A stretch of DNA of 34,893 nt from Deltaproteobacteria bacterium (GCA_013151235.1 JAADIO010000001.1:1-34893); one strand, 5' to 3'; shown: positions 9,123 to 18,647, counted from the first letter of the stretch. Notes: generated from the sequence alone by a model not told the origin. Numbers and translations: made by a program.

Positions 9123-11453
9123 ATGTTGTCGGAAAAGGACCTTAAGATCAATGAGAAGAGCTACAAGAGGACCCGGTTGGTCCTTGATGTTCTGCGCCGA
9201 TTTCTGAAGGTCAATATCAAACTTCATGACCTGGGGGACCAGTTCCGAAAAGGAGATATCTTCCTCTTCAACCATTTCGCCCGGTTCGAGACCTTTATTC
9301 CCCAATACCTCATCTATGACCAGACGGGATTCATGTGTCGTTCGCTGGCCGCCCCGGAACTCTTCAACGACGACACCTTCGGAAATTACCTTGCCGGAAT
9401 CGGTGCCATTCCGACGGACCTGGAAAATGTCATTCATTTCATGGCCTGCGAGATCAACCGGGGATACAAGGCGGTCATCTTCCCGGAAGGGGCGATGATC
9501 AAGAATCGACGGGTCCTCGGGCCGAAGGGACGATTCCGGATCTATTCCCGCGAAAAAGGAAAATATCGCAAGCCTCATACCGGCGCCGCCGTGATTGCCC
9601 TCTATGCCCAGCAGATCCGGGACCTCTTTCGCCTGGCCTATGCGCGGAAAAATCAAGCGAAGATGAAAGAGATCGCCGTCCTGTTTCATACCGAGGATCT
9701 CGAACGGGCGTTGGAGATCGCCTCCGAACCGGTCCGGATCGTCCCGGCCAACATCACCTTCTACCCTCTGCGGGGGGACGAAAACTTTCTGACCAAGGTG
9801 GCCGATCGTCTCGGGAAGATCCCTAATGAGCGAGTGGAAGAGGAATTGATCGTTGAGGGGAATATTCTTTTCAAGAACACGGACATGGACATCCGCATAG
9901 GCGATCCGATCGAAATCCGGGACTATTTCAAACGGACCGATCTCTCCCTGCTCCGTACACGATACTTTGTGGATCAACGGCGTATTCTCAAGAGCGCCGC
10001 CGCCCGTCTGCTCACCCGGATGGAGATCCTCCGTTCGGAGATCCAGTCCGAGCGGATCATGGTCGATTACATGCAGTCAATCTATTCCCTCGTTACCGTC
10101 AACCTCGGGCACCTCTGTGCGGAACTGATTTACGAACTGCTCCAGCATTACAAGCAGCATGAGGTCTCCCGGGAGTTCTTCGACCAGGCCCTTTATATGA
10201 CGATCAAGAAGGCACAGGAATCGGAGCGAATTTTTCTGCACCGCAGTCTGTTAAACCCGGATCGCTATGACTCCCTCCTGACCCACGACAACCGGGACAT
10301 CCGGGATATCCTGCTGCAGGCGGCCGCCGCCGATCTCATACGTATCCGGGAGGACCGCTACTTTTTTCTGCCTGCGCTGGAGGAGAATTACGATTTTGAC
10401 GAAATCCGGATCAAAAATTTCCTGAAGGTCCGCTACAATGAAGTGCGCCCCATCCCGGCCCTTCAGAAAGCCGTCCGGGAGGTGTTGACACATTTCGACA
10501 AACTCAACCGGCCCCGTGCCTGGACGGAAATGCTCCATGACGATGACCTGCGCAGTCATCAAAGAGACCGCATGATCTTCTGTACGGAAAAATACGACGA
10601 GATCAATCGACAGGAAACAAGGACTTACTCCGGCGCCCCCTTCTTCCTTTCCCCCACCGATGGCGGATCACAAGTCGGGGTCCTGCTGATTCACGGGTTC
10701 ACGGCCTCCCCCGCCGAGACCCGTCCTCTCGGTGAGTTTCTGACATCCCGGGGTTTTGTGACGTACGGCGTCCGTCTGAAAGGGCACGGCACCTCCCCCT
10801 GCGACCTTGACTTTCGGACCCTCGACGAGTGGTACCGTTCCACTCTCCGCGGGTGGAACATCCTGCGAAAGATTTGTGAAAAAATGGTCGTCGTCGGTTT
10901 TTCCATGGGAGGGAATCTGGCCCTGATGCTGGCCGAAGAAAAAGGAAACGCCGTGGACGGCCTTGTGACAATTTCCACGCCGCTGAAGATCCATGACAAG
11001 AACATCTTCTTTGCCGGCCTCATGCACCGGGTCAACCAACTGGTCGGTGTTCTTCCCTACCTTGACGGCATCAAACGTTTCACAAAGAGTGACCCGGAAA
11101 ACCCGGAGATCAATTACCGGAATATCCCGATCAGCGCCCTCCGGGAATTCCAGCATACCATGGAACGGACGATCGAGATCCTACCGGAGATCTTCTGCCC
11201 GACATTGATCCTCCAGGGAAAAGAAGACCCGACGGTCGATCCCGTCAGTGCAAAGATGATTTACGAAGGGATCGCCTCACCGGAAAAGAGGCTGGTGATG
11301 GTGGAGGCGGACCATCATGTCATCATCCGGGAAAAGGCCTCCGCCGTCCACCGGGAAGTGCTGCGGTTTCTCAATCAGTTCACCGGGTCTACTCGCCCTG
11401 AAGATTCACATGCAAAGCCGACAGAATATTCGGAAATGACCGGATCTCGTTGA
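9123..11453 (+). CDS. PlsC/GPAT-like acyltransferase fused to a C-terminal alpha/beta-hydrolase (carboxylesterase/lipase)
   Basis: N-terminal FNHFARFE and IFPEG blocks; C-terminal LLIHGFT, GHGT, GFSMGG (nucleophile Ser), EDPTV and DHH motifs. Confidence 0.8.
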   Translation: MLSEKDLKINEKSYKRTRLVLDVLRRFLKVNIKLHDLGDQFRKGDIFLFNHFARFETFIPQYLIYDQTGFMCRSLAAPELFNDDTFGNYLAGIGAIPTDLENVIHFMACEINRGYKAVIFPEGAMIKNRRVLGPKGRFRIYSREKGKYRKPHTGAAVIALYAQQIRDLFRLAYARKNQAKMKEIAVLFHTEDLERALEIASEPVRIVPANITFYPLRGDENFLTKVADRLGKIPNERVEEELIVEGNILFKNTDMDIRIGDPIEIRDYFKRTDLSLLRTRYFVDQRRILKSAAARLLTRMEILRSEIQSERIMVDYMQSIYSLVTVNLGHLCAELIYELLQHYKQHEVSREFFDQALYMTIKKAQESERIFLHRSLLNPDRYDSLLTHDNRDIRDILLQAAAADLIRIREDRYFFLPALEENYDFDEIRIKNFLKVRYNEVRPIPALQKAVREVLTHFDKLNRPRAWTEMLHDDDLRSHQRDRMIFCTEKYDEINRQETRTYSGAPFFLSPTDGGSQVGVLLIHGFTASPAETRPLGEFLTSRGFVTYGVRLKGHGTSPCDLDFRTLDEWYRSTLRGWNILRKICEKMVVVGFSMGGNLALMLAEEKGNAVDGLVTISTPLKIHDKNIFFAGLMHRVNQLVGVLPYLDGIKRFTKSDPENPEINYRNIPISALREFQHTMERTIEILPEIFCPTLILQGKEDPTVDPVSAKMIYEGIASPEKRLVMVEADHHVIIREKASAVHREVLRFLNQFTGSTRPEDSHAKPTEYSEMTGSR

Positions 11454-12975
11454 GGACTTCGCCGGAAACGGCCGCGTCCACACAGAGCAGGGTAATCGCC
11501 TTTTCGCCCGCCGGATCCCGGCCGTTGTACATCCGGGCGATATTGATTCCGTTCCGGCCCAGCAATTCTCCGACATCGGCGATCACGCCCGGACGGTCCA
11601 GATTGAAGATCACGAGAAAATCCCCCTCCGGTACGGCCTCCAGATCAAAGCCGTCGATCCGGACAATTCGGGGGACACGATCATCAAAGAGAGTGCCGGA
11701 GATCTCCCCCTCTTCACGATCCGTGATCACTTTCACCGTCACCAGTTTCCGGTAATTTGCGCTCATACTTTCCCGCATTTCGGAAATCCGGACCCCCCGT
11801 TCTTCGGCCAAGCTCCGGGCATTGATCCGATTCACCCGCTCTCCCAACACCGGGCGCAAGAGTCCCGCCAGGATCGCATGCGTGAATGCGGAGAGGGCCG
11901 GCAGATCGTCTTCGCCTGCGCGCTGGACCGTTACTTCCCGGAGACCGGAGGGGTGGAGCTGACTGACAAACTGTCCCAGCGCTTCTCCGAGGTTGAGCCA
12001 GAGAGTATCGCCGGGCGTGCTCTTCTCCCCGCCGGGCAGGTTGACGGCATGAGTAATGATCGCCTGTTGCAGATAATCGATGACCGATTTCGCCAGCTCG
12101 ACGGACCCGCCGCTCAAGGCCTCCTCCGTATATGCGGAAAGAGCGGGGGCACAGATCACCCGGTCGGAAAGGTAGAGAGGATGGCGATCGAGCGGTTCCC
12201 GGCGGTGAAGATCAAGTGCAACCCCCCCGACCCGTTCTTTGATGACGGCATCATAGAGAGCGGTTTCATCGATCAGCTCCGGAGTGGAACCGTTCACCAG
12301 CAAGACCCCCCGTTTCATCCGGGCAAGCGCCTCGGTTCCGATCATCCCCCGCGTTTCGTCATTGAGCGGGGCATGGAGCGTAATCAGATCGGCGGACGCC
12401 AGTAATGCCGGAAGGTCCACGGACCGGAATCCCTGGCGTTCGATCATATCGGTGGACAAATAGGGATCACAGACGATCACTTCCATTTCCAGCCCGGCGG
12501 CACGGGAGGCCACCAGAGAACCGACGGAGCCGAAGCCGATCACGCCGAGGACTTTCTTCCGGAGTTCCATCCCTTTCAACGGCTGCCGTTCCCAGCTCCC
12601 CTTTTTGATCATCCCGTCGGCCATCGTCACCTTCCGGGCCAACCCGAAGATCAGGGCCAGGGCATGCTCTGCAACGGAAACGGTTACACTCTCCGGAGCA
12701 TTCAGGACCAGCACACCCCGTCGGGTTGCCGCTTCCACGTCCAGCGCCGGTCTGCCGACACCCAGCAGACCGATCACCCGAAGATCTTCACCCGCCGCAA
12801 GCACCTCACGATTTACGGGAGTACGGGTGCCGGCAATCAGGACCTCGGTCTTGACAATTGCCTGCCGTAATCTTTCAGCGGTACACACCGAAGAGGATAA
12901 GACCTCCACTTCCCCGACATCTTTCAGCAGGTCGAGACCTGCCGGATCGAGGGCTGCAGCAACCAGAATTTTCAT
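11389..12975 (-). CDS. D-3-phosphoglycerate dehydrogenase homologue (type I, ASB+ACT domains) with degenerate active site
   Basis: Full SerA architecture (GFGSVG Rossmann motif, LHAPL..ET, C-terminal DRPGVI..NIA), but canonical NxARG reads NGSTP and TPHLG reads APALS. Confidence 0.8.
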   Translation of the reverse strand: MKILVAAALDPAGLDLLKDVGEVEVLSSSVCTAERLRQAIVKTEVLIAGTRTPVNREVLAAGEDLRVIGLLGVGRPALDVEAATRRGVLVLNAPESVTVSVAEHALALIFGLARKVTMADGMIKKGSWERQPLKGMELRKKVLGVIGFGSVGSLVASRAAGLEMEVIVCDPYLSTDMIERQGFRSVDLPALLASADLITLHAPLNDETRGMIGTEALARMKRGVLLVNGSTPELIDETALYDAVIKERVGGVALDLHRREPLDRHPLYLSDRVICAPALSAYTEEALSGGSVELAKSVIDYLQQAIITHAVNLPGGEKSTPGDTLWLNLGEALGQFVSQLHPSGLREVTVQRAGEDDLPALSAFTHAILAGLLRPVLGERVNRINARSLAEERGVRISEMRESMSANYRKLVTVKVITDREEGEISGTLFDDRVPRIVRIDGFDLEAVPEGDFLVIFNLDRPGVIADVGELLGRNGINIARMYNGRDPAGEKAITLLCVDAAVSGEVLNEIRSFPNILSALHVNLQGE

Positions 12976-13208
12976 CGCGACTCCTTCCCCTTCGGCTTCC
13001 GCTTCTATCTAATACAGTTACAGGGGAAATGTCAACGGTGAATGCCTCCCGAAAATGAGAGACCGTCCGGACGCTCTCTCAGCCCGGGATAAAAGACTTA
13101 CCTTGAATTCCGGCGGAACATTGGATAGTATAATAAAAATCTATCGATCACGACCACCAGGGATGTCCATTTCCATCCGGGAAGTGTTCTTCGATATAGA
13201 AGGTGCTG

Positions 13209-14321
13209 ATGACCCTTCCATTCAAGCGCTCCGATGAACCCACCATCGGCGCTGAAGTCGAAATGCAGATCGTAGACTTGAAGACCCGGCACCAGGCCTC
13301 CAGGGTCATGGAGATCCTGGACCGGGTTCCAAAGTCCCTGAAGGAACGGATCAAGCCGGAGTTCCTCCAGTCGACCCTGGAGGTGAACACGGAGATCTGC
13401 CATGATCCGGCACAGGTGGAAGCCAACCTCCGGGAGTTTTTTGCCCTGACGCACAGAATAGCGGGCAAGCTGGGACTCGGTCTCCTCTGTGCCTCAACGC
13501 ACCCCATCTCCTCCTGGAAGGAACAGATCGTTACCCCCGACCCGCGGTACCTGCGCCTGCAGGAGGAATTCCAATTCCTGGGACGACGCCTCAACATCTG
13601 CGGTTTTCATGTTCATATCGGGATAACGGACGGGGACAAAGCCGCGGCAATCCTGAATATTCTCCGCGGATATCTTCCGCACCTTCTGGCCCTCTCCACC
13701 AGTTCCCCCTTCTGGTCGGGATACAACACCGGCCTCTACTCCTCCCGGATCAACATCTTCCAGGTCCTCCCCACGGCGGGACTTCCCCCCCGGATCAAAA
13801 ACTGGCGGGAATTCGAAAAGCTTGTGGAGATTCTCATCTCGACGCGGACCATAGAAACCCCCCGGGAAATCTGGTGGGAGGCACGTCCGCACCCGCTCTT
13901 CGGGACCATTGAGGTCCGGGTCTGCGATTCTCCTTCGACGATTCAGGATATGCTGGTACTCACGGCATGTATCCAGGCCCTTGTCGTTCGGCTCTGCAAC
14001 CTGTATGATAAAAAGGAACTCCCGGAAATTCCTCTACGCCAATTAGTAGAAGAGAACCGATGGCAGGCAGCACGACACGGTTTCGAAGGCTATTTTATCG
14101 ATTATACTACGCACAAGACGATCCCCATCCATCGGGCCGTGAAAAATCTTCTGCAACGGCTCCGGCGTACGGCCGAACGCCTGGGAACCCTCTCCTATCT
14201 GGAACAGGTGGATCGGATTTTCTCAGAAGGAACGAGTGCGCATCAGCAACTCCGGGTTTTCAAAAGAACCGGCAGTCTCATTTCCGTGGTTGATGATCTG
14301 ATGGAGAAACTGAAATCATGA
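13209..14321 (+). CDS. carboxylate-amine ligase YbdK / glutamate-cysteine ligase family 2
   Basis: TIGAEVEMQIVD, GFHVHIG, LALSTSSPFW, WWEARPHP.FGTIEVRVCD and EENRWQAARHG motifs. Confidence 0.9.
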   Translation: MTLPFKRSDEPTIGAEVEMQIVDLKTRHQASRVMEILDRVPKSLKERIKPEFLQSTLEVNTEICHDPAQVEANLREFFALTHRIAGKLGLGLLCASTHPISSWKEQIVTPDPRYLRLQEEFQFLGRRLNICGFHVHIGITDGDKAAAILNILRGYLPHLLALSTSSPFWSGYNTGLYSSRINIFQVLPTAGLPPRIKNWREFEKLVEILISTRTIETPREIWWEARPHPLFGTIEVRVCDSPSTIQDMLVLTACIQALVVRLCNLYDKKELPEIPLRQLVEENRWQAARHGFEGYFIDYTTHKTIPIHRAVKNLLQRLRRTAERLGTLSYLEQVDRIFSEGTSAHQQLRVFKRTGSLISVVDDLMEKLKS

Positions 14322-15520
14322 TTACCGTTGATGAGATCAAGGAAAAGACCTATGCCATCAGAGAAGAACTGATTGCGCTTCGCAGACACCTCCATCGGCA
14401 TCCTGAGCTGGGCAACAAAGAGATTCAGACCTCCGAACTCCTCCGGAAACACCTTTCCGGGATGAACCTCGAAGTAAAAACCGGGCTTGCCGTCACCGGC
14501 ATCACGGCCCTGCTTCGCGGTGGGGCACCGGGAAGAACGATCGGTATCCGCTCCGACATGGATGCACTGCCGATCCAGGACAAGAAAAAGACCTCCTATC
14601 GATCCGAAGTCCCCGGGGTGATGCATGCCTGTGGACATGACCTCCATATGGCCACACTCATCGGTGCCGCCCGGGTCCTCTCGCAGTTTCAAGATCGATT
14701 GCCGGGGAATGTCAAGTTCATCTTTCAGCCCTGCGAGGAGCGAGTCCTGGGAGCAGATCGGATGATCGCCGCCGGCGTACTGGACAATCCCCCCGTCTCC
14801 GTCATGCTCGGTTTCCACAGTTATCCCCTTCTGCCGACCGGCGTGATCGGAATCAAGCAAGGGGTCATGATGGCCTCGGCGGATCTCTTCTCGATTCACC
14901 TCTACGGGAAAGCCGGTCATGCCGCCAAACCCCATCTGGCCGTCGATGCCATCGCCATCGCCGCCATGGTGATCCATGCCCTGCACCTGATTGTGAGCAG
15001 TCGGATCGATCCGGTTCATCCGGCCCTGGTCTCCATCGGCATGATCCGTGGGGGGACGGCGGAGAATATCGTCTGTGACCATGTAGAGTTGCGCGGAACG
15101 ATCCGGACCACCTCCAATAAGACCCGGAAACTGATCTTCGAAAAAATCGAGAAAAAAGTCCGGGGAATCACGGAAGGGATGGAAGGGCGCTACCGGCTGA
15201 ACATCGACCGCGGCTCCCCTCTCCTGAATAATCATCCGGTCATTACCCGGATCGTGGAAGAGTGTGCCACGGAGATCCTCGGCCCGGAGCGAGTACAGTC
15301 CCTGACGGAACCCTCCCTCGGCGGCGAAGACTTCTCTTCCTATATTGAAAAAGTGCCGGGAACCTACTTCCGGATCGGAACGGGAAACCCGGCCAAGGAT
15401 ACCTGCCATTACCTGCATAGTGATCTTTTTGACGTGGATGAGACGGCCATTCCCGAAGCAGTGCAAGTCCTCTGCTGGTCGGTGCTGCGCCTTCTCCAAA
15501 CCAACGACCTGGAAGAGTAG
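14318..15520 (+). CDS. M20D family amidohydrolase
   Basis: RRHLHRHPEL, RSDMDALP, MHACGHD, FQPCEE and GEDF motifs; ATGA overlap with the upstream ligase. Confidence 0.92.
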   Translation: MITVDEIKEKTYAIREELIALRRHLHRHPELGNKEIQTSELLRKHLSGMNLEVKTGLAVTGITALLRGGAPGRTIGIRSDMDALPIQDKKKTSYRSEVPGVMHACGHDLHMATLIGAARVLSQFQDRLPGNVKFIFQPCEERVLGADRMIAAGVLDNPPVSVMLGFHSYPLLPTGVIGIKQGVMMASADLFSIHLYGKAGHAAKPHLAVDAIAIAAMVIHALHLIVSSRIDPVHPALVSIGMIRGGTAENIVCDHVELRGTIRTTSNKTRKLIFEKIEKKVRGITEGMEGRYRLNIDRGSPLLNNHPVITRIVEECATEILGPERVQSLTEPSLGGEDFSSYIEKVPGTYFRIGTGNPAKDTCHYLHSDLFDVDETAIPEAVQVLCWSVLRLLQTNDLEE

Positions 15521-15618
15521 ATGCCGTGCTTCGGGAACCGGAGACGGGTGAAATAGCGGGGCCGGAAAGTATCGGCAGAGAGGCGCAGCCATCACCGTTT
15601 GATCAGCTGCCCGATCTC

Positions 15619-15673
15619 AAAAAAAAACCCCGGCAACGGGCGGAAGAATAATTTTCCCGAATGCCGGGGCTTT
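15619..15673 (-). terminator. probable rho-independent terminator of the dsrE-like gene
   Basis: CCCCGGCA...TGCCGGGG inverted repeat next to an A9 run, which is a U-tract on the minus strand. Confidence 0.6.
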
Positions 15674-15692
15674 AAAGTCGCATCAAAAAGAC

Positions 15693-16196
15693 TTATGTGA
15701 ACAAATTAATCTGCGCTTCACTCGCAATATCAAGATAGGAAGCCGCACCGACAAAATCAATACCATCGATAAACTCACTTTGATCAAAACCGAAAAGATC
15801 GACCGTCATCTGGCAGGCCATCATCCTGACGCCGGCATCCAAGCAGAGGCTCCTTAGTTCCTCCACGGAGGCAACACCGACATTGGCGATCGTCTTTTTC
15901 ATCAGTGTCGTAGCAACGGTCTCGTAACCGGGGATGTTGGCCTGAATGATGTTGGGGATATTCCAGTTGATTCCCCGAAACCACTTGGGACCCACGGGCA
16001 TTTTCATCGGCATGGCCGGGTTGCCGAGGGGACTGACTTGTGCCGTGATCTTCTTTTTCAGGAGGGTCAGTCCGTAAAAGGTGAAGAAAATCGTCACATC
16101 AAAATCAAGTGACGCTGCGGTGGAGCCGAGGATAAAAGGCGGATAGGCCCAATCAAGCGTTCCCTTTGTTGCAATGATTGTCATCTTTGTACCCAT
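15693..16196 (-). CDS. DsrE2-like (DsrE/DsrF/DrsH family) sulfur carrier protein
   Basis: TKGTLDWAYPPFIL, FFTFYGL, PLGNPAMPM and GVRMMACQMTVDLFG motifs; AGGAGG RBS. Confidence 0.85.
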   Translation of the reverse strand: MGTKMTIIATKGTLDWAYPPFILGSTAASLDFDVTIFFTFYGLTLLKKKITAQVSPLGNPAMPMKMPVGPKWFRGINWNIPNIIQANIPGYETVATTLMKKTIANVGVASVEELRSLCLDAGVRMMACQMTVDLFGFDQSEFIDGIDFVGAASYLDIASEAQINLFT

Positions 16197-16428
16197 ACGA
16201 ATCTCCTCCTTACGGCCGAACGATCATCGTTCGCCTACGGTTAAGGTTTTCCCCGGCAAAGGGGCTGCGCGGTACACCCTTTGACGTTCGATCCCCCCCC
16301 ATGACCCTTAAAGGAATGTATGAGCGGACAAATCCGCAGGCCAAGGTGAATCGAAGAGGCAAAGATACTTTGAGATGGCTAACTTATCAGAAAGAAAACA
16401 AAAAGAAAAGAAAAAAATGACACCCGAT

Positions 16429-16905
16429 TCAGGGCATCTTGATCCCCCGCTGCACTTCCTGAATAAACATCGCCTGAAGCTGTTTCATCCGTGTTCCCAC
16501 AATTTCGGCGATGTTACGCATCAGGAAGAATCCGAAGTCCCTGTCGTCCCGGCAAATTTTCAGGAGGGAATCCCCATCCATGACAAGGACTTTCAACGAT
16601 TCCCGGCAGACACCCGCCAGGGTATAACAATGGGGGGGGACCAGCGCCGACCAGCCCACGGACTCACCCCTTCCCTTTGAATCGATCGTCAGTTCGCCTT
16701 CCACCTGACCGATCTTGAACCGAAAGGTGAGGTCCAGGACCCCTTCCCGTATCACATAAAGGACATCCGCTTTTTCCCCTTCCTCAAAGATTCGTGTACC
16801 GGGCGCGAAGACCACCTCTTCGGAAATCAACAATACCCGCTCGAGATTCAGTACTGAAATGTCCTGAAAAAGCCTGTTTCCCAATAGTTCATCCGTCGTT
16901 GCCAT
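16429..16905 (-). CDS. stand-alone cyclic nucleotide-binding domain protein
   Basis: IFEEGEKADVLYVIREG and GESVGWSALV motifs; no C-terminal HTH; start ATG 16905 after GGAGGG. Confidence 0.82.
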   Translation of the reverse strand: MATTDELLGNRLFQDISVLNLERVLLISEEVVFAPGTRIFEEGEKADVLYVIREGVLDLTFRFKIGQVEGELTIDSKGRGESVGWSALVPPHCYTLAGVCRESLKVLVMDGDSLLKICRDDRDFGFFLMRNIAEIVGTRMKQLQAMFIQEVQRGIKMP

Positions 16906-17001
16906 GGCTCCCTCCTGTCCCTGCAGCACTGGACATGCTTCCCTCCGGAATCTCTCTACGATTCGGGAAGGCCATTGATTCAGGTCCGGCCCTCTCCCGA
17001 A

Positions 17002-17307
17002 CTAATCGGAAGCGTTCACCGGATGCCCGCTCTCCTCCTGCTCCCGCCCCCCGCCGCGCCCAAAGACCCTGGCCGTCTCATCGGTCAGCAAACCGCAGGC
17101 GATGTAATTCACAACCCAGAGAAGAACCGCGACAATCGGAATTGCGACAAAAGCGATTCCGCTGCCCGGCCCGGTTGATTCGTGAAGCTGGTGCGCGCTG
17201 TTGATCAAATAGAAAAACCAGCCGAAAAAACTCAGGATAAAAAGATTAAAACAGAAGACCATTGCAATTTGCACCAGGAGTACTGATTTACTTGGGGCTT
17301 TTTCCAT
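17002..17307 (-). CDS. small membrane protein (2 TM), hypothetical
   Basis: Two hydrophobic segments; GGAGG RBS; begins 21 nt after the cytochrome stop codon. Confidence 0.65.
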   Translation of the reverse strand: MEKAPSKSVLLVQIAMVFCFNLFILSFFGWFFYLINSAHQLHESTGPGSGIAFVAIPIVAVLLWVVNYIACGLLTDETARVFGRGGGREQEESGHPVNASD

Positions 17308-17328
17308 TGTGGTTCCCTCCCATGATGT

Positions 17329-18489
17329 TCAGTTTTTCGTCGTACCGATGTGTACTTCATCCCCGCTCCCGTGAATCACCATCCTGGTCCTCCGCATCAG
17401 GACCGGTTGGTAAAGATAATTGACATAGGCACTGACCCGCAGTTCTTCCTTCGGCGCCACGAGAAATTTGAACTCTACCATCCGTCTTTCGCCCGGCAAC
17501 AGACGGTTGTCCTCCAGGACCCGCCCCGGTTTCAGAAAAAATCCGGCATCATCGGCAAATGCTTCTCCGCTTTCCTGCTCCACCAACCGTTTGCGAAAGA
17601 CCTTCGAGCGGGTAAGGCCCCTGCCAACGGCCCCCGTTTGCACTTCACAGATCAGCACCAGGCTCCGCGAGGGCATCCCGGTCGGGACGCAGTGCCCACA
17701 TCCGGTATTGAGGATCCGGACCCGGACGGTCAGATGGCCGTCTACCCGATCCACCCGGCTTATTCGCACACGTAATTCTCCCGTAGACTCCTGCAGATTC
17801 CCGGCCTCACCGGAACCTGTATCCGCCGAATTTCTTTTGCCGGGCCGGACCATCCGATGATCCCGTGGTGTCCCTTTTGAGGAGGCCATGTGACATCCCT
17901 GGCAAGAGGTGTTGTTCCCGGCAAAAGGACCGGCCTTCCACTCCGAATACGTTCCGAGGAGAGTCACTCCGTTTTCGGCGGTATATTCATGGCAGGCGGC
18001 ACAGAACCCGGATTGCCGGAGTGCATCGGGAATCCGCCGGTCATGAAAGGAGCGCCCCCGCAGCCAGTCGATCCCCTTGAGCATCTCCCGGTTGATAAAA
18101 AAAGGATTCTCAGGGTCCCCGAGATCGATACCGCTCACGGAATGACAGAAGTCGCAAGTCACTCCCTCATTCGTAATGGGAAGATGTTTCGAATAATCAC
18201 GCGTCAACAGAGTCGTCGGGGCATGACACCGCATGCAAAGTTTCTTCGCCTTCCCGCCGGAAGCAAGACAGGCCTGGGCGAGAGAGGTCTCAAAGATCGG
18301 GTCATCAGACGAATGTGCATGCATCGACTCTTTCCACATGGCATAGATCTGCGGGTGACATTTACCGCAGGCCTTGGCCGGGATGAATGCGTCCCGGTAA
18401 AGAGGATTTACGGGAAGCATCTTTTCCCCGGTACACTTTTCCACCGAGACGAGGAAGAAAAGGAAAAAGAAGATCGAAAGCCGGGTCAT
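17329..18489 (-). CDS. exported pentaheme cytochrome c (c554-like N-terminal domain plus beta-rich C-terminal domain)
   Basis: CGKCH, CMRCH, CDFCH, CAACH and CQGCH; W..SMHA, EGVTCDFCH and GH..PTG signatures. A signal peptide starts at ATG 18489; ATG 18585 lies at or upstream of the predicted sigma-54 start site. Confidence 0.85.
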   Translation of the reverse strand: MTRLSIFFFLFFLVSVEKCTGEKMLPVNPLYRDAFIPAKACGKCHPQIYAMWKESMHAHSSDDPIFETSLAQACLASGGKAKKLCMRCHAPTTLLTRDYSKHLPITNEGVTCDFCHSVSGIDLGDPENPFFINREMLKGIDWLRGRSFHDRRIPDALRQSGFCAACHEYTAENGVTLLGTYSEWKAGPFAGNNTSCQGCHMASSKGTPRDHRMVRPGKRNSADTGSGEAGNLQESTGELRVRISRVDRVDGHLTVRVRILNTGCGHCVPTGMPSRSLVLICEVQTGAVGRGLTRSKVFRKRLVEQESGEAFADDAGFFLKPGRVLEDNRLLPGERRMVEFKFLVAPKEELRVSAYVNYLYQPVLMRRTRMVIHGSGDEVHIGTTKN

Positions 18490-18591
18490 GGAGATCACCG
18501 CCGCCTCGTTCCTGCCGGCGTCATGAAATATCCGTCGGTATCCACGGGCCCGCCCACCGGCAAGCCGCCCGCCAACTGCCTCCATAGGTAA

Positions 18592-18607
18592 TGCAACGGT
18601 TATGCCA
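18592..18607 (-). promoter_or_regulatory. sigma-54 (-24/-12) promoter for the pentaheme cytochrome operon
   Basis: TGGCAT-AACCG-TTGCA on the minus strand. Confidence 0.75.
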
Positions 18608-18634
18608 TTCCGAATGTACGGAGAAGAAATATTT

Positions 18635-18647
18635 CAATCGACTGATT
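18635..18647 (-). promoter_or_regulatory. IHF binding site
   Basis: AATCAG-TCGA-TTG matches WATCARNNNNTTR, just upstream of the leftward sigma-54 promoter. Confidence 0.55.
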
